A DNA stretch of 64,000 nt from Eutreptiella sp. 'Long Island Sound 2002' (lineage: Eukaryota > Protista > Euglenida). The notes under the pieces are model-generated. The model saw only the letters and a list, made by a program, of their open reading frames with translations, had not been told where the DNA came from and made no database searches. Below, piece by piece: positions 25,701 through 39,300 of this stretch. How positions within the stretch are numbered: the stretch's first letter is position 1; each line of letters opens with the position of its first letter. Made by a program: the position numbers and the translations under genes. The stretch spans positions 199,764,001 through 199,828,000 of the forward strand of contig OZ038378.1 of NCBI GenBank assembly GCA_964036045.1. The letters run 5' to 3'.

Positions 25701-28624
25701 GTGCCAGTCGATTTACTTGCACCGTAGTGTCCTCGTTGTATTCACACGACTGCCCGTTAAACCGTGATTGAATACTGGCAACGCAAAGCTCTTTGTTTCC
25801 CCATGTCATTAGGTAAGCCTCTGTGGCTAAGGCAGGGGCGCACTAGAACGGAAAATTTTCAAGGAGGAGGGTTGCCCCCCCCCCCCCCCTTCCTCAGCCC
25901 CCTGCCCTTGGATCCTTCAAAAATTCCTCCGGGGAAAAATAAAATTATATAAAAGAAAATTTTTTCGGACGATTTTTGGTATACAAACCCTTGGGTCTCA
26001 GACCCCCCACCCTCCTGTCCTTCTAATGCGTCCCTGGGCTAGGGGTGAGTTGTTACACCACGCAACGTGCTAACTATTGGGGGGCACATGCCAGTGAACC
26101 TTCCCAAGAAGCACCCCGCCCCAAAACACCGACAACAGCACAAAATCTTAGCACTTTCTTCGCAGTTTACAATACAGTGCTTCACGTCCATGAATGCCAA
26201 TGCATGATGCACACATTGACAACTTGCATGTGTCACAGTTAGTGATAGGTGCTTTGGTGTTGGCAGCAAAGTTGACAGACAAGTGCATAATCAGTGTTTT
26301 CTTCCATAGTGTGTGGGCACTTTCTGTCCACACACTTTCAAGAACATGGACCAGTGGACCATACGGTGGATTGTCTGCGGATCGAGAGGCCCCATATGTT
26401 TCATTGCACACCAAAGCACACCACAGAGTTTGCTTGTACTCCATCTACAAGTCATTGGCAATGCTAACAAGAGGCAATGGTAGAAGAAACGACATTGCTA
26501 AACTTCGCAGTAAGTTTGTTTCGCATGGCACCTGCAAAATTGGGCGCAATGTTCGCACGAAACCGACATGCCAAAATTTCCGCAACAAAAATTCCATTCG
26601 CAACCCCCCCACCCCCCACCCCCCGTACATTGACAACAAGGTTGGTTTGGGCACCGAGGGAAAATACCTGCGATGCAGCGGGGTCATCGTAGGCTGTGAG
26701 AGCAAGAAGACCAGCAGGTTCGCTGCGTGGTCCCAAGGGTGTGTGGTACGAGACCATGCCGTCTGCCTGACTCAGACCAAACATGCCCTGCTTTCGGTTC
26801 TGGGGGCACGGATGCAGCAGGACGGCCCGCACACGCTCCACTGCCGGCAGTACCTGGAATGGCACGACGACGGGCAGCCTGGGAGAGGGCATCAGACCTG
26901 CAGTTCTTCCACAGCAACGATGTAGTGGAGCCATCGGCAAATGCCGGCCCATGTTCCGGTTAACACGCCTGTGCTTGATGGTACCACTCAGATTTGCTTG
27001 TGTGAGTCCCAAACCACGCACCTCTCCAAAGGTATCTTATCCAAAGCACAGCCTGTTGGTGGTACCGCACTTTTGGGACCATGGTTCCACGGTCTCAGAA
27101 GGAGCCTTGTCAAGCGGCTTGACTGCCAATTCAGTGGCCACACATGTGCGGGGTCAATGTAGCGCCCGCATTTCACACACTTCAAATCAAATGTCCTCTT
27201 GGGCTGGTTCCGTCGTCAGGGTGGACTTAAGCAACGCAACAAAGCATGAGCAATGAGCATGCCACAAGAAACACTCGTTCGAAAAAAAAAATAGACACTC
27301 AGAAAGTGTTTCCTTCGGGTCACCGTCGGTGGACCAAGCGCTAGCCGCTAAAAACTGGCATTTCTGGTCGTGACCAGAGTTAAGGTTGCCTCACATGATA
27401 CTGCAGAGCCGCACGTTGCAATCATTTTGTGTCACCAGCCCGGCGAAATGATCCCAGAGCGGTTGGTGGCGGCGGCTCGGTGTCTGCATCGTCCATTCAT
27501 GGAGGCTTAGCCCATCGTACAGTCCTGGCCCATCCCTGATAAGCAGTGGGTTACAGTGACAGCCCCTATGCCACATGCATGCGGGCGCCAATTGGCTCCC
27601 GCAAAATAAAATAATGCATACCACTGACGGCACACGTGTATCGCCATCTCACACATCCCCTGGTGTTGTGCTGTGTTGTGTTCTGTTGCAATGTGCCGTG
27701 CTGTCGGGCATCATTGAACTGCCTGCAGTACTGCAGGGGGCAGCAAGAGGACAGGGGATGGCCAGAGTACAACTCCATGAAAGTGAACCCGAACATGCGG
27801 AACAAAACCGTGTTGTTGAGTGCTTTGTGCCTCAGTTCCACCCACATTTGCCGGTCCCAGTCCACAACAGTCACGCAACTGGAAGCTCAGAACCAGACCT
27901 TTATCGCTACTAGCCACTGCACTGCCCAATGCACACCCAACACAGCCGGAGGGTGATCACCAATGGCTGACCGGGGATCTGAGAGTTGCCCAGAGCAAAA
28001 AGAAAACAAGTCGACATTTTCAGAAAATCTCTGCCGCTCCGCACTGTGGTTGAGGGGACGTGGGTGCACCATCTGTTGAGGAGGTTGGTCTGAGGTCTGG
28101 GCCGCAGGGCGTGCACCTGAAGCTCCATCAGCTCAGACTGGGTCGCATCACTGTCAATACCGTCGAGGCATGCACACCAAGCTGTGTGCGCAGACTTGGG
28201 GGGCAGGGCCCTGATCACTGCTGTGGTCACAACAAACCAGCTCTCCAGAACTGTGAGTTGACTTTCGTTGAGCTTCATTGTAAGGCCAAAAGCCACAAAA
28301 CGCTGTGCACAAGAGACAATGAGGCTCATGGGAGACATTACCTCCGAGGAGTTGATACACGGGGTGCATCGCAAGCGAGGACAAGGAAATTCTATTGCGT
28401 TTGCCATGAGTGGCAAGATTGTTTTGTTGCATCATGCAGACAGTGCAGGGGCACTTGGTGGCCGCGGAGTTCGAGCCGCCACACATGTAGTTCGACCCGA
28501 CACATATGCAGGCGCGGTTCATTGAAGGGACGCTGAACGTCATCAATAGCTGTGCGGTCATAAGGCATGCCACAACGCACGAGGCATATGCCTCGTGGCA
28601 CAAGGATGAGGAGAATTGAGACAT
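22783..28624 (-). CDS. Hypothetical 481-aa protein with a coiled-coil region, complement(join(22783..23001,24731..25165,26668..26878,27732..27878,28070..28220,28342..28624))
   Basis: All five introns are GT-AG with matching phases; total 1446 nt = 482 codons. Exon 24731-25165 is strongly coding (RLEAEASHVRDVVAHEQQLLERR...). The first exon is the least certain. Confidence 0.6.
23789..24200. repeat. Dispersed GC-rich repeat family A, copy 1
   Basis: TGTGACATTCCGTCTGGTTGTTGTTTCTTTACGGGG...; reverse-complement homologues at about 35530-35692 and 36850-37260. Confidence 0.85.
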
Positions 28625-29191
28625 CTCTTACAGATCGGAACCGGTTATCAAAGTGCTGTGGTACAATCTGCTGTTGCAAATGCTCCTAGCTTTGCACCTG
28701 ATCCGCCCTTCCCAACACGGGCCCATGTCATGGGTATGACAAAGCTATGAGGCGTGCAGTGTCGGAGAATTCCATGGTAGCGTTTATAACGACTGAAAAG
28801 CAATGCACGCATAGGTTTCATACAGCGATTTCATGCGGTCACTCTTGCTAGCCGTCAACAACAAGGGGGACGAGGCAATCCGATCCGAAGCGGAGCAGAG
28901 GTCCGAAGAACCTTGCCTCAGTGCGTGGACCGATTGTCCTCCGATTCCGATGATGTTGGAGAAGGGAAAGGAGCTGAGTGAGCAAACGCTTTCGCAGAGA
29001 ACACTTAACAAATGATCATGAGGCAAAAAAAATAGTCAGAAGATGGGAATAGGGTTAGAGCGAGGTATTCGCCGAATCCGAGATGGGGTTTGCGAAGGGA
29101 AGGGATGCAAAATGAGCAATCGAGGGAATCCAGATCCCAATTCGATGAAAAGGGTTATAGGGCTAAGTCCGGGTTATAGACCCACGAACTC

Positions 29192-29266
29192 AGACCCGAG
29201 TCCGGTTTATATAACCCGGAACTCCAGTGGCCCAAGTTCCGGCTTATATAAACCGGACTCGGGTCT
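29192..29266. repeat. 32-bp-arm inverted repeat (1 mismatch, 11-nt loop)
   Basis: AGACCCGAGTCCGGTTTATATAACCCGGAACT versus AGTTCCGGCTTATATAAACCGGACTCGGGTCT; related motifs at 29740-29820. Confidence 0.9.
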
Positions 29267-30231
29267 CAGTGGTGGGTTATAGGGGTACGGCATACTAAAC
29301 GATGCAAGTCGTAATTGTTGCCCGGTTAAATGTGATTGTCGCTCTGCCATCTTCCACTTGGGATGTGCTTGGCTAGACTAGTCTGGGTCATCCACCGTAG
29401 TTTGGGTCATGGGCATGTGAGGGATGTAAGAAGACCATATAGGCCAAGTCTACTCTAGCATTCTTTGGCCATTGCTTTAATTCTTTGCTTATTCGATTCT
29501 AGCTGAAGAGACTGGTACCATACCATGTGCTGCGTACAGTGGTACCAAAGCATGGAATCTATCTTACGGATTGCCAATGGCACATAATTTGCTATTGCTA
29601 TTTGCTACTGCTCATGTTGGGCAACCCGAGGGTTAAAGGTGGAGGCTATAGGGGATGGGTAAGGGGGCAAGAATGGGGGAAAATAGCAAGCTGTCCACGG
29701 ATACATAGACTCGGGTATGAGTTCCCATGTCTCCATAACCTAGGCTTAGAAACCGAGTGTATAACCGGGTTACATACCTGAAACTCAGCCCGAGTTCCGG
29801 GTTGTACAACCGGTATATTATAAAATAGATCAATGGGTTACATTTCGTGGAGAAAAGTGATGCAAGTATCCAGCCACACGGGTGCTGCGAATATGAAGAT
29901 CCGTAGTAGGTGGAGTCACAACATTCATATCCGACAAAAAAAATATGAGTGTAATGCTCCCTTGACCTGACCGCTGTTGATGTCCAAGTGTAACAGTGTG
30001 TGCATTGTACATGTTTGAAACCCGATGCCTCGTCTTTAAGACAGTCCTAGCCGGCCTAAGGTTTTCTTCGAACTCTTTCTACATGACCATTGATTGCACA
30101 ACACTGTCGTGAGCTTTGTCCCCCTCTCGTACTCTGCATTGTGCACATAGGTCGACACAAGGTTACACACTACGGACCACATCAGAATGATGAAAGTACC
30201 GCTTTCCAAACTGTTTGGAGCAGGTTACTCA

Positions 30232-30750
30232 CGTCGCTCACTTCCCTCACTTCCCTCACCTGAATGGATGTGCAGTCAAGTGACCGGTCAACTGCTACAA
30301 GTGAACGAAGTGAGCGAAGTGTTGTGAAGATACTCAGTTCCCTGCCTTCCCTCACTTCCCTCACTTCCCTCACTTCCCTCACTTCCCTCACTTCCCTCAT
30401 TTTAGCAGATGTCAGAAGCATTTGTGGATCATTTTTTGCTTTGGGCTTGCATGCCACACTACAACGGCGGATGCACTTCGAACAATTTTTTTAAGAAGCA
30501 TTTGTGGATCGTTTTTTGCTTGCTCTGCTTGCATGTCACACCACAGTTCCGGGTCCGCGTTAAATTTTTTTTTCAAGATGCATGCTTGGACCATTTCTTG
30601 CATTTTGACATTGTTTTGCTCCGGAAGCATGTGTCACTCGTTTTTTGCTTGGTGCTGTGTGTCACACCACAACGCTGCGTCGGCTTTGACGACAATTTTT
30701 GGAAAAAACATGTGTGGATCGTTTTTGCTTTGTGCTTGCATGCTAAAATC
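30232..30750. repeat. (CTTCCCTCA)n array followed by a degenerate tandem repeat of about 50-80 bp (AGAAGCATTTGTGGATC...)
   Basis: 9-mer repeated 6-7 times at 30340-30400 (gives the REVREV ORF); five related units at 30415-30735. Confidence 0.8.
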
Positions 30751-33369
30751 AAGCGTATCTCCACACCGAGTGCCAGTACAAGCCCATGCATTACGCCCAT
30801 GCAACCCTCTACCGCCCCAACACATGCAAAAGTCCAATAAGTACTGCCGATGCATGAGCATGACACAACACAAAGCGGTCTCAAGCGCACAACCTGGAAG
30901 CATGATGTGAGAAAGATCGCAGTACTGTAATACTGTAGTATGCTACAACCCCGCATCCAAGATCTCGCAGTTTTGATGACCATTTTGCCAAAGTGGTATG
31001 GTCAAGTCATGTCACGTTGCACAGCGCTGAGGTCGTTCAAAGCAAAATCGTTCAAATCAAAAAACTGGGAGTCCACCCCCTGCGACTGCTTGTGACCGCC
31101 TGCGACGCATTTCTGCGGATAAGGGAAAACCTGGGCAAATGAGACTCGCGCGCGGGCTCTGGAGTTTTGCAAATTTCTCGAAATTTTTGGCAGATTGAAA
31201 GGCGAGGAGCTGGGAACGTGTTTTTCAACTGTTGGTCCACCCGGTGCACTGTTTAGATTTACGTCAAATCGATTCCAGGTAGTTGATTTTTGGTCAAACT
31301 TTTGGGTGTTCCCGGGTGCTGTTTTTGGTGCTTACCTCAGCAAATGAGACCGAGTGTCAAAACCTCCTGTTCAACAACTTTGTACCACTGTTTTGTTTTT
31401 CAGTGAAGTTTGTTGCTTTAGAGTCTCTAAGGCCTATAGCTATGAGGTTGGTCTAGCAAGCGGTAAAGGGTCCTAGCACTGTTCTTAGCCTTTGTTCCTT
31501 GTTTGTTTGGGTGGGGGGAGTTTACGCCGAAAACAATCTTTGTCATGCAAGTTAGGTGTGTTAGCATTGCTCATTTAGGGTCTCCGGCCATTTTCTAGTG
31601 ACAAGGAGAGTAATGGTGTGTTACGATGGTGTTCTTAGGTGTATGATCACCAGGTGCAGTGGTTTTTTGGTCTTCATCTCCAGTTTAAACTTGTTCAACA
31701 GCAGTTCGTTGTCTTTGTTGTTTGTGTTTGCTTGTAGCATTTGAGCATTCTTGCAGCCATTCCACCTTGATGGGACATAGCATTCCCAAGTTTCCCAAGT
31801 GTTTGTGGTCTATTGGTTGCACTGTCAAATTGCCTTCGTGGGGATCCTTCTTTCCACCCAACGACGTTTTCGAGTTTGTTTGAAGTATTTTCACTCGTCA
31901 ATCACTCGTCAATCTGGTTTTTTTGGGCTTGCTGCCATTTACTGTGCCACTTTTGCCCTCATCTCCTTGCCCATCACAGCCGCTTGACGACGTGTGCGAC
32001 AAGGTGTGCATGATGGTGATTCGGAGTAGATGTTTTGTTTTTTTTGTATGACCATCCTTGTCTCGTCGTTGAAATCAATGTTGACCTAGATGTGATCATC
32101 ATGCATTGTTGAGGCATTCGGCATTTCGATTGTACATTGGGGATGAAAACAGTTTTGTTGAAGGTGACTTTTTGGGTGGAAAATATTGAGTGGAAAACCG
32201 AGGCTTTGTTTGTCAACGAGGCAACGCACAAAATCTGATCTTGATCGAAATACTTTAGAATCTCTCATGGAGTGCAACAAATAGTGCAAAACAACACTCG
32301 AAGAGACGATAAATGAGCCTAGAGGTCGCATGGGTTGTCCACACGACGTAGGAGTACGTCAAGGACTCGGGTTCGCCCCCATTTACTAACCGTTGTCGTC
32401 GAGCACTGTCTAGACTATGCTATGTTACCAACTTGTGGTGCAGCTTGAAGAGTTCCTCCGATCCACCGAATCCATGAGTCAAGTCAACTGTCCGTGGGGC
32501 GGTAACGTGTTCATCGTAGTTTTACTCGTCTTGAAGGTGAATAGAAATGTGCGAAGAACATGCGGCTTGTCGCCAATCCCCAAGATTTGCGTTGAAAGCA
32601 AAATTCCACTTACGCAAGTTGAGAATGCAACCCCAACACATCCTTGTTGTGGAAGAATTTTCAAGGTGTTCCACTGCTTGTGGATGCACGACCGACGTTA
32701 TTTTATTTGAGATGATATCAAGTGGGTGTGTACCATTGCTTTCGCAATATTTCCTACAAATAATGGTGCATCCGGTGAACGTTTGCCACAAAAGCATTGA
32801 GGAGTCCGCTAGAGTATGGTCACCGTGAAATGCCGATGTCGATGTGCACTTTGGTCACAATTTGATGAATTATGTCGGCTTGCACCCCATGAATTTGTCA
32901 TTTGCCCCGGCCCGATGAGTATGCCTTTTCAAGCTCTTTTACACCTCGGTCCTCTTGCACGCTTCATCTCATTCTTGTTCACCTATGAATGTAGCCATGA
33001 TTACTCGCATGCAGATGGTCGACGTTGAAGATGATGCACGAGGTTCGTGGAGAGAACGTGACTAAACCTTTTTGAAGGATTACTAAGAATGGGACACATC
33101 ACAAAAAATCCGTGGGCAAAGCGAACGCGTAGAAGGAAAGCTTAAGGTGATTGGTCGAGCCAATTGTTGCTTTCTATGCGCCGGGGGATTGCAGATACCT
33201 AGCGTATGAGCACTGTACGCACGTGGTGTTGCGAAACCACCCTCATTATGTTAATATGCTCAGAGCACCGTGGGAAGTGCTTGTGTTCGCGTAAACCGGA
33301 CTTTGGGCCCGAGGTTCATGGCAACAATTGGTTTGCCCACGTATCTGTAGTGTCCATTCTTTTTTGAAA

Positions 33370-36300
33370 ATGGCTTGGAGAACTGCGAGCTACACAAATG
33401 ATCCTAGACGCTCTGGTACACGGGCGATTCCGGGCTACACAGGCCATCTGCACAACGCAAAGGATGTTTTCGGGGTCTCGGCCGGCAAAGCGCTTCAACA
33501 AGATTCCGAAGGCGTGGACCATACCACGCTAAAGAAGCCAAAACGCTCCGCGGCAAGTTCCACACTGCTTTCACCATTGGATTGTGATGGCGCAATTTGG
33601 GACCACCACTATGAGACGAGCAACCAAGCCATGACATCCGTCACCGCCGCAGACTTCGATGCCAAAAACGCGGACCATGGAAAGCAAGTCCAACCTAACA
33701 TCGTCGGCTACACGGGGCACATTCACATGTCGCACGACATTCTAGGGGCCTCGCATGACTCGGTGGTGCGTGTGTCCCAAAACGCACGCCGAGAGCAGCT
33801 TCGGAACATCAAGCCTCTTACTGAGGAGAGCCGGCCCCATTGGACAGCATTTCGGGCGGGCAACAAGACTAACCCGGCGTGGAAACAAGAGTACGCCCAA
33901 ATTCTCACTACCAGGTCATCTCACTCTTGGATCGCCACAATACAAAGGGCGGATGGGAATCTTTGCGTAAGGATAGCGCGATTGCGCAACTGGAGGACGG
34001 TCGTGAATTGCTACATTGTGTCTCCAATGGGGAACGTTCCACAAACCCGCACCGTGACATTCCTCGAACCACCATTGTCGACGTCCCGATAGGGGTTGGT
34101 TGTTCCGAAGCATCCCCTTCCAACCAAACAATGTCAAGAAGTGTCCGTTTTTTCGTCAACGCTTCCGAGACGAATTCATCCATTCAGAAAAAATGAGCTT
34201 TTTTGCAAGCATAGCATCAGCCGGAGCAGCCCTGACAGCCGGAGTAGCCCTTGACGAAGCAAAGCGGGAGCAACCCTTGAGCAGCGCCAAATATAGCCCA
34301 ACCGCAAGGCAACAGCAAGAAACCAGCAGCGGAATTTGATCCGGCTAGCCTCCTCTGCTCTCCAGAGGCATAGCTACATAAATATGCACCACGGGGAAAA
34401 GTTGAAACCCACATAATACTTCGCGGCAGCATCACATGCCGTGCCCTGCGAGTCATGTCAGAGGTCCAAGTGGCGCGCACGCGGTCGGGATGAAGTTGGT
34501 TCGAATCCTGGCCATGCACAAGTGTGACGGTACTAGATGTCTTCGAACGGTAGTGGCCATCATGGCTCCGTGATGCCACTGACCTGGCCGCAGTTTTTTT
34601 TCAACATACCCCGTGACAGTATACCTGAACACGCGGCCTCCAACCCTGACCCCTTTGCCGCGCACTGCCCCCAACCCCTCAACCTTTCTCCTCTCCATTC
34701 TTCCTAGCCCTGTGCCCACCAGCTGTCCCCCCGTCCCCCATCATTGCAGACCCAATCCGAAGAAATCGGAGATGACCCCCGAGCAAGAGAACGCCGTCAT
34801 GACGTTGAAGGAAAAGATGCTACAAGAACAAATTAAGGCCGCAACGGACGTTTTGGGAACCACGACACCCCACCCGATGACACCCACGAGCACGCGCTCT
34901 CCGCTGATGTCGGCGCCACGCGAGACCTTTACGGAGAGCGTCAAGGAGCATGCCATGATGACCCTCGCGGGACCAGAAGACGAGCGCAGCTACACTGGGC
35001 ACTTCAGTAGTGCACTGCCAAGCAGGAGGATCGTGGGATACACGGGGCACCTCCGCGGGACCCAAGATACTATTGGTCAGAATTTTGGCCGCGTGGAGCG
35101 CCTGACGGACCCTCATGACAGGCCGCGGGACCCGCCACATCCGCTCGGGCAGCGCTACCAGAACGCTGCGCCACCGGGCCCCCCCATCAGCCCCCAAGTG
35201 AAGCAGCTGGTGCAGAAGGCGTCCAAGCCGACTCCCGCTGGTGTCCCGATCATCGACACCGTGAAAACCAAGATCATGCAGCGGGTGTGCGATGGCCGCT
35301 GCGTGCGTGCGGGCGGGCGGGCGGGTGGCCGTTTCTCGGTTTTTGCTGCCCACTCCCCCCCCCCCCCCGCGCCGTCTATGGTTCACACCCCCTCCCTTGT
35401 TCGCTGTCCCCCACTTTTATGCCGGCACGACACTAAAATGATGGACATCGCCGCCCACTGCACAACCTGCAGCCGGGTAAAGAGGGACGATCGCCTGTCC
35501 AACCATGAGCTCATGCACCCAGAGACAAAACCGCACACATGCACGCTCCGCTAACGCGAAAACGGCACCAGCAGGAACACAGGCCGCAGCGGCCGTCAGA
35601 ACGCAGCGACCCGACGCAGCACGCGAAGGGAAGAACAGATGACTGTCCAGGGCCCCATAAAGAAACAGCAACCCGACAGAATGTCACACAGGGAGAGCTT
35701 GCCAGAGCTCGATACATGCCTCAGCTCCTGTTGATGGCTGCGGTACCCAGGGCATATCTGCCCGGAGCCCTGTTGTACCTTTCAGCCAACTCGCATTCGG
35801 TGTTGCGGCAAGCCGCACGGCATGGGCAATGCATCGCTGGGCGTAGTGTATGTGACAACCGTGTTGGGCTCGCGTTGCGCAAGGCGTGTTCCCGAGGTAC
35901 GGCGCCTGGAACGCGGATCGTGTCACATGTTGACTCCTCGCCCGCTACTTTTCACTGCTTTGCACCTTTGAGCGCGGCCGTGCCACCTTCATCGTGCCCC
36001 TACAAAATCGTGCCAGCAAAAGAATGTGGGTGTGCTGTTTTGTTTCCGCTTGCAGTGGGTGAAGGGGGTGCAGGGCTGGGCAGGGCTGGGCAGTGCATAC
36101 ATCTCGAGTTAGCACCCAAAGGCCGTCCCGCCATTCGTGCTGCGCGGACGTGTGCAGGGCGGCCGCAACGGTTTCCGATCCCTTGTCCGCGTTCTGCGGG
36201 TGCTGGATGACGACGGAAACAAGAAGTTGAGCCGCTACGAACTGCTGAACGGCCTCAACACGTACGGCATTCATCCGAGTCAGCTGGAGCTGGACGAGCT

Positions 36301-39300
36301 TATGATCTTCCTCGACCCCGATGGTTCTGGGCAGATCACTGTGACCGAATTTGCGCGGGCCATTCGCGGCGAGATGAAACCTCCGCGGCGGGCCCTCGTG
36401 CTGCAGGCGTACCGGCTGCTAGACGAGAACTGCGACGGCTCCGTGACGCTAGGCGACATTCAGAACCTTTACGACACGTCCAAACACCCGGAGGTACGTA
36501 GCACCTGAATTTTTATCAATTTTTATCCTCACATTTGTATCGCAACCCTGTGACCTGCAGTAGTGCACTCGCATTCTTGCCATGGAAACATTTTCGAACA
36601 TCCAATGAGCCTGCCACTCGTGCGCAACGTACTACATGGGGTGGCGATCGCCCTGATCTCCGATAAGGAGCTCAGTGGGTTGGAGATGATGGTGCTGCGG
36701 GCAGGGGGGGGGGGGGGGCGACCCACCTCTCCCGCGCCACAGAGCTCGTCTTTTCCGTTCTGAAGAAACACACAGTGGAAGTTTTCCATAAAACCTGAGG
36801 TTTTGAGGGAGGGGGGGGGGGGGCACCCGCGAAGCGCACGCTACCCGCAACCAACAAGGAACGCGCCCTGCGCACGCGCGACCCACGGAGTGGGGGAGCG
36901 ACCGGGACAACGCGTGGAGGAGCGGGGCACCTGGGCCTCACGCACACGGAAACACAGCCAGGCAGGTCGGGGACGGCCTGAGGACGGGGGTGTGGGGACA
37001 GCAAAAACAGTCAAACGACCCCCGCAACAACCAGCACAATTCCAATACGCCAACTACTGGGCGCCGCTGACGCTTAAACGGCACATCCCGCCACATCCAG
37101 CACAGCCCCAGCACACCAACCACTGGGCTCCGCGAACGCGGAAACGACACCAGCAGGAGCACCGGCGGCAGCGGCCGACAGAAAGCAGCGACCCAACGCA
37201 ATATGCGAAGGGAAGAACCCCGTAAAGAAACAACAACAAGACGGAATGTCACACAGGGGCCAGTATTGAGGGTGACCTGTGTCCCGAACCCCCCCTCCCA
37301 TTTACCCATATGCCTGTCCTCTGTTGAGCTTGATGTTATTACTGTGAGGGTGTCACATGTTGACTCCTCGCCCGCTACTTTTCACTGCTTTGCACCTTTG
37401 AGCGCGGCCGTGCCACCTTCATTGTGCCCCTACAAAATCGTGCCAGCGAAAGAATGTGGGTGTGCTGTTTTGTTTCCGCTTGCAGTGGGTGAAGGGGGTG
37501 CAGGGCTGGGCAGGGCTGGGCAGTGCATACATCTTCTTCCAAAACAAAGGTCTACAACATGCTTCCACACTGTGTTAAAAAAAAGAATCAGTTTCGCAAT
37601 TTCGATTTTGGAGTTGTTGAGGCTAAAAGCTGCAAAAATTGCGGGTTGTGCCGCTAAACAGACTGCACATGGCAACTTTTGGGGGGGCATGGCCTTGGCT
37701 ACACGGGCCTCCTGGTCCCCATGGGTGCGAGAGTACCCAGATTGACACCAAATGATTGCAACCCGCCAAACCCAATTTCCAGCCCCAATCTAGGATGAAA
37801 CCACATTGGCTCTTGCCACCACACGCAGGTGCCTCCAAAACCTCCAAGAACTGCCCCACAGCTGGAACACGTGACCCAAGGAGACAAGTGAATATGAGGA
37901 GGATGCTGACCAGAAAGTTTCTTGATAAATTGGGTATTTAAAATGTAAGAAACTTTGCTGGTTGGTGTCCTCCTCACGAATACTCCACTCCTTGGGACAC
38001 CCTAGTCCGGCTTTGGGGCCTCTTAGAGGCTTTGCAGGCACCTGAGAACATGCATTGTATGTTTTCCTTGCACGATGCTCCGACAAGGGCTTGTGGGCAA
38101 ACGTTGTGGTGTGTCACTGTCACCGTGTGCCCCTGTGACCAGACCCCCACCTTCCCTGCACCCCAAAAATTTGTGCACTGGCGATTAATGATGTTGGAAT
38201 GATGGAGAATTTTGGGCCTATTTTGGGCTCACAAAACTTCCCCCTGAGACCTGTTCCCTCCCAATGCTGTAATATACAATAGAGGAAGCCATTTTGATCA
38301 TTTCATGCAACAACACTGGACCTCTGCTGAAGCCTAGCAAAGGCATGGTCATGGTGCATCCCTGGACACGGGCCATCATAACCAATCACTGTCGCTGCCT
38401 GCACACCCCTATCCCCACCTGCAGACATCCTTGCTACCACCTGCTCCATCCTTGCCAGTGCCCATACATTTTATCACTACCCACACATGCCCCACCCTCC
38501 CCACTGAGGGATGGCTTGCCCTGCCCGCTGCTTTGGCGTGTCTGGGGGCAATGGGCCTGAGTGACGATTTACCACACGATGCATGCATTTGTTTCATGTT
38601 CTTTCACACAGTGGTCTGTTGGACTGGAAGTCTTCAGGGCCCGCTTGTTGTTGTGCCTCTGGTCGGCTTACCCTTTTGCATGGTTTGGACGGGCTACACA
38701 AAGGTGGCTGCAAGATGGTGGTGTATTAGGAAGCACCGTGGTTCATCCCCAGCACGGAGGGAGGGCAGGGGGGCCGGGAGGCAAAAGGCGTGCTGCAGGG
38801 GGGGCCGATGGGCATGCCGTTTGTTTGAGGACCAGGCTTCTTGGCAACCATCCCCCGTGGACCGACCATTGCTGAGCCCATGCACCCACCCACCCACCCA
38901 CCCACCCACATCAGAAAAAATCTTCGGCAGCGAAACCGAGTGTACCGAGGGCCTTCTAATTAAAAGGGATGGCCAAGAGAAAGAGAGGTGCACAGTGCAG
39001 ATCAAGCGCCCTCCTGCCCCCAACAGACGGGAGAAGGAACAGGTGGTGTTTCTAAAGACATCAGGCCGAGGTGTGTGCATTCACGTGGCCCTGTCCTGCC
39101 TGTTAGAATACCCCACCAATCTATGCAAGGCCCATGTGGGAAGATAAACTCAAGAGGGGACAAAATTCCAAACATTCGTCCCATTTGAAACCCCTTGAGT
39201 GCCGTTGCCTCCGCCCCAACACCTCCTCCCCCTTGTCACGTATATGCTAATCACTAATCACCCCATTGACTGGCCGTGACCAGACCCTCTACACCTCACC

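Noticed and set aside
31700-33050. Possible DNA-transposase relic
   Set aside because: Too many stops and no diagnostic DDE-family motif that I could place.
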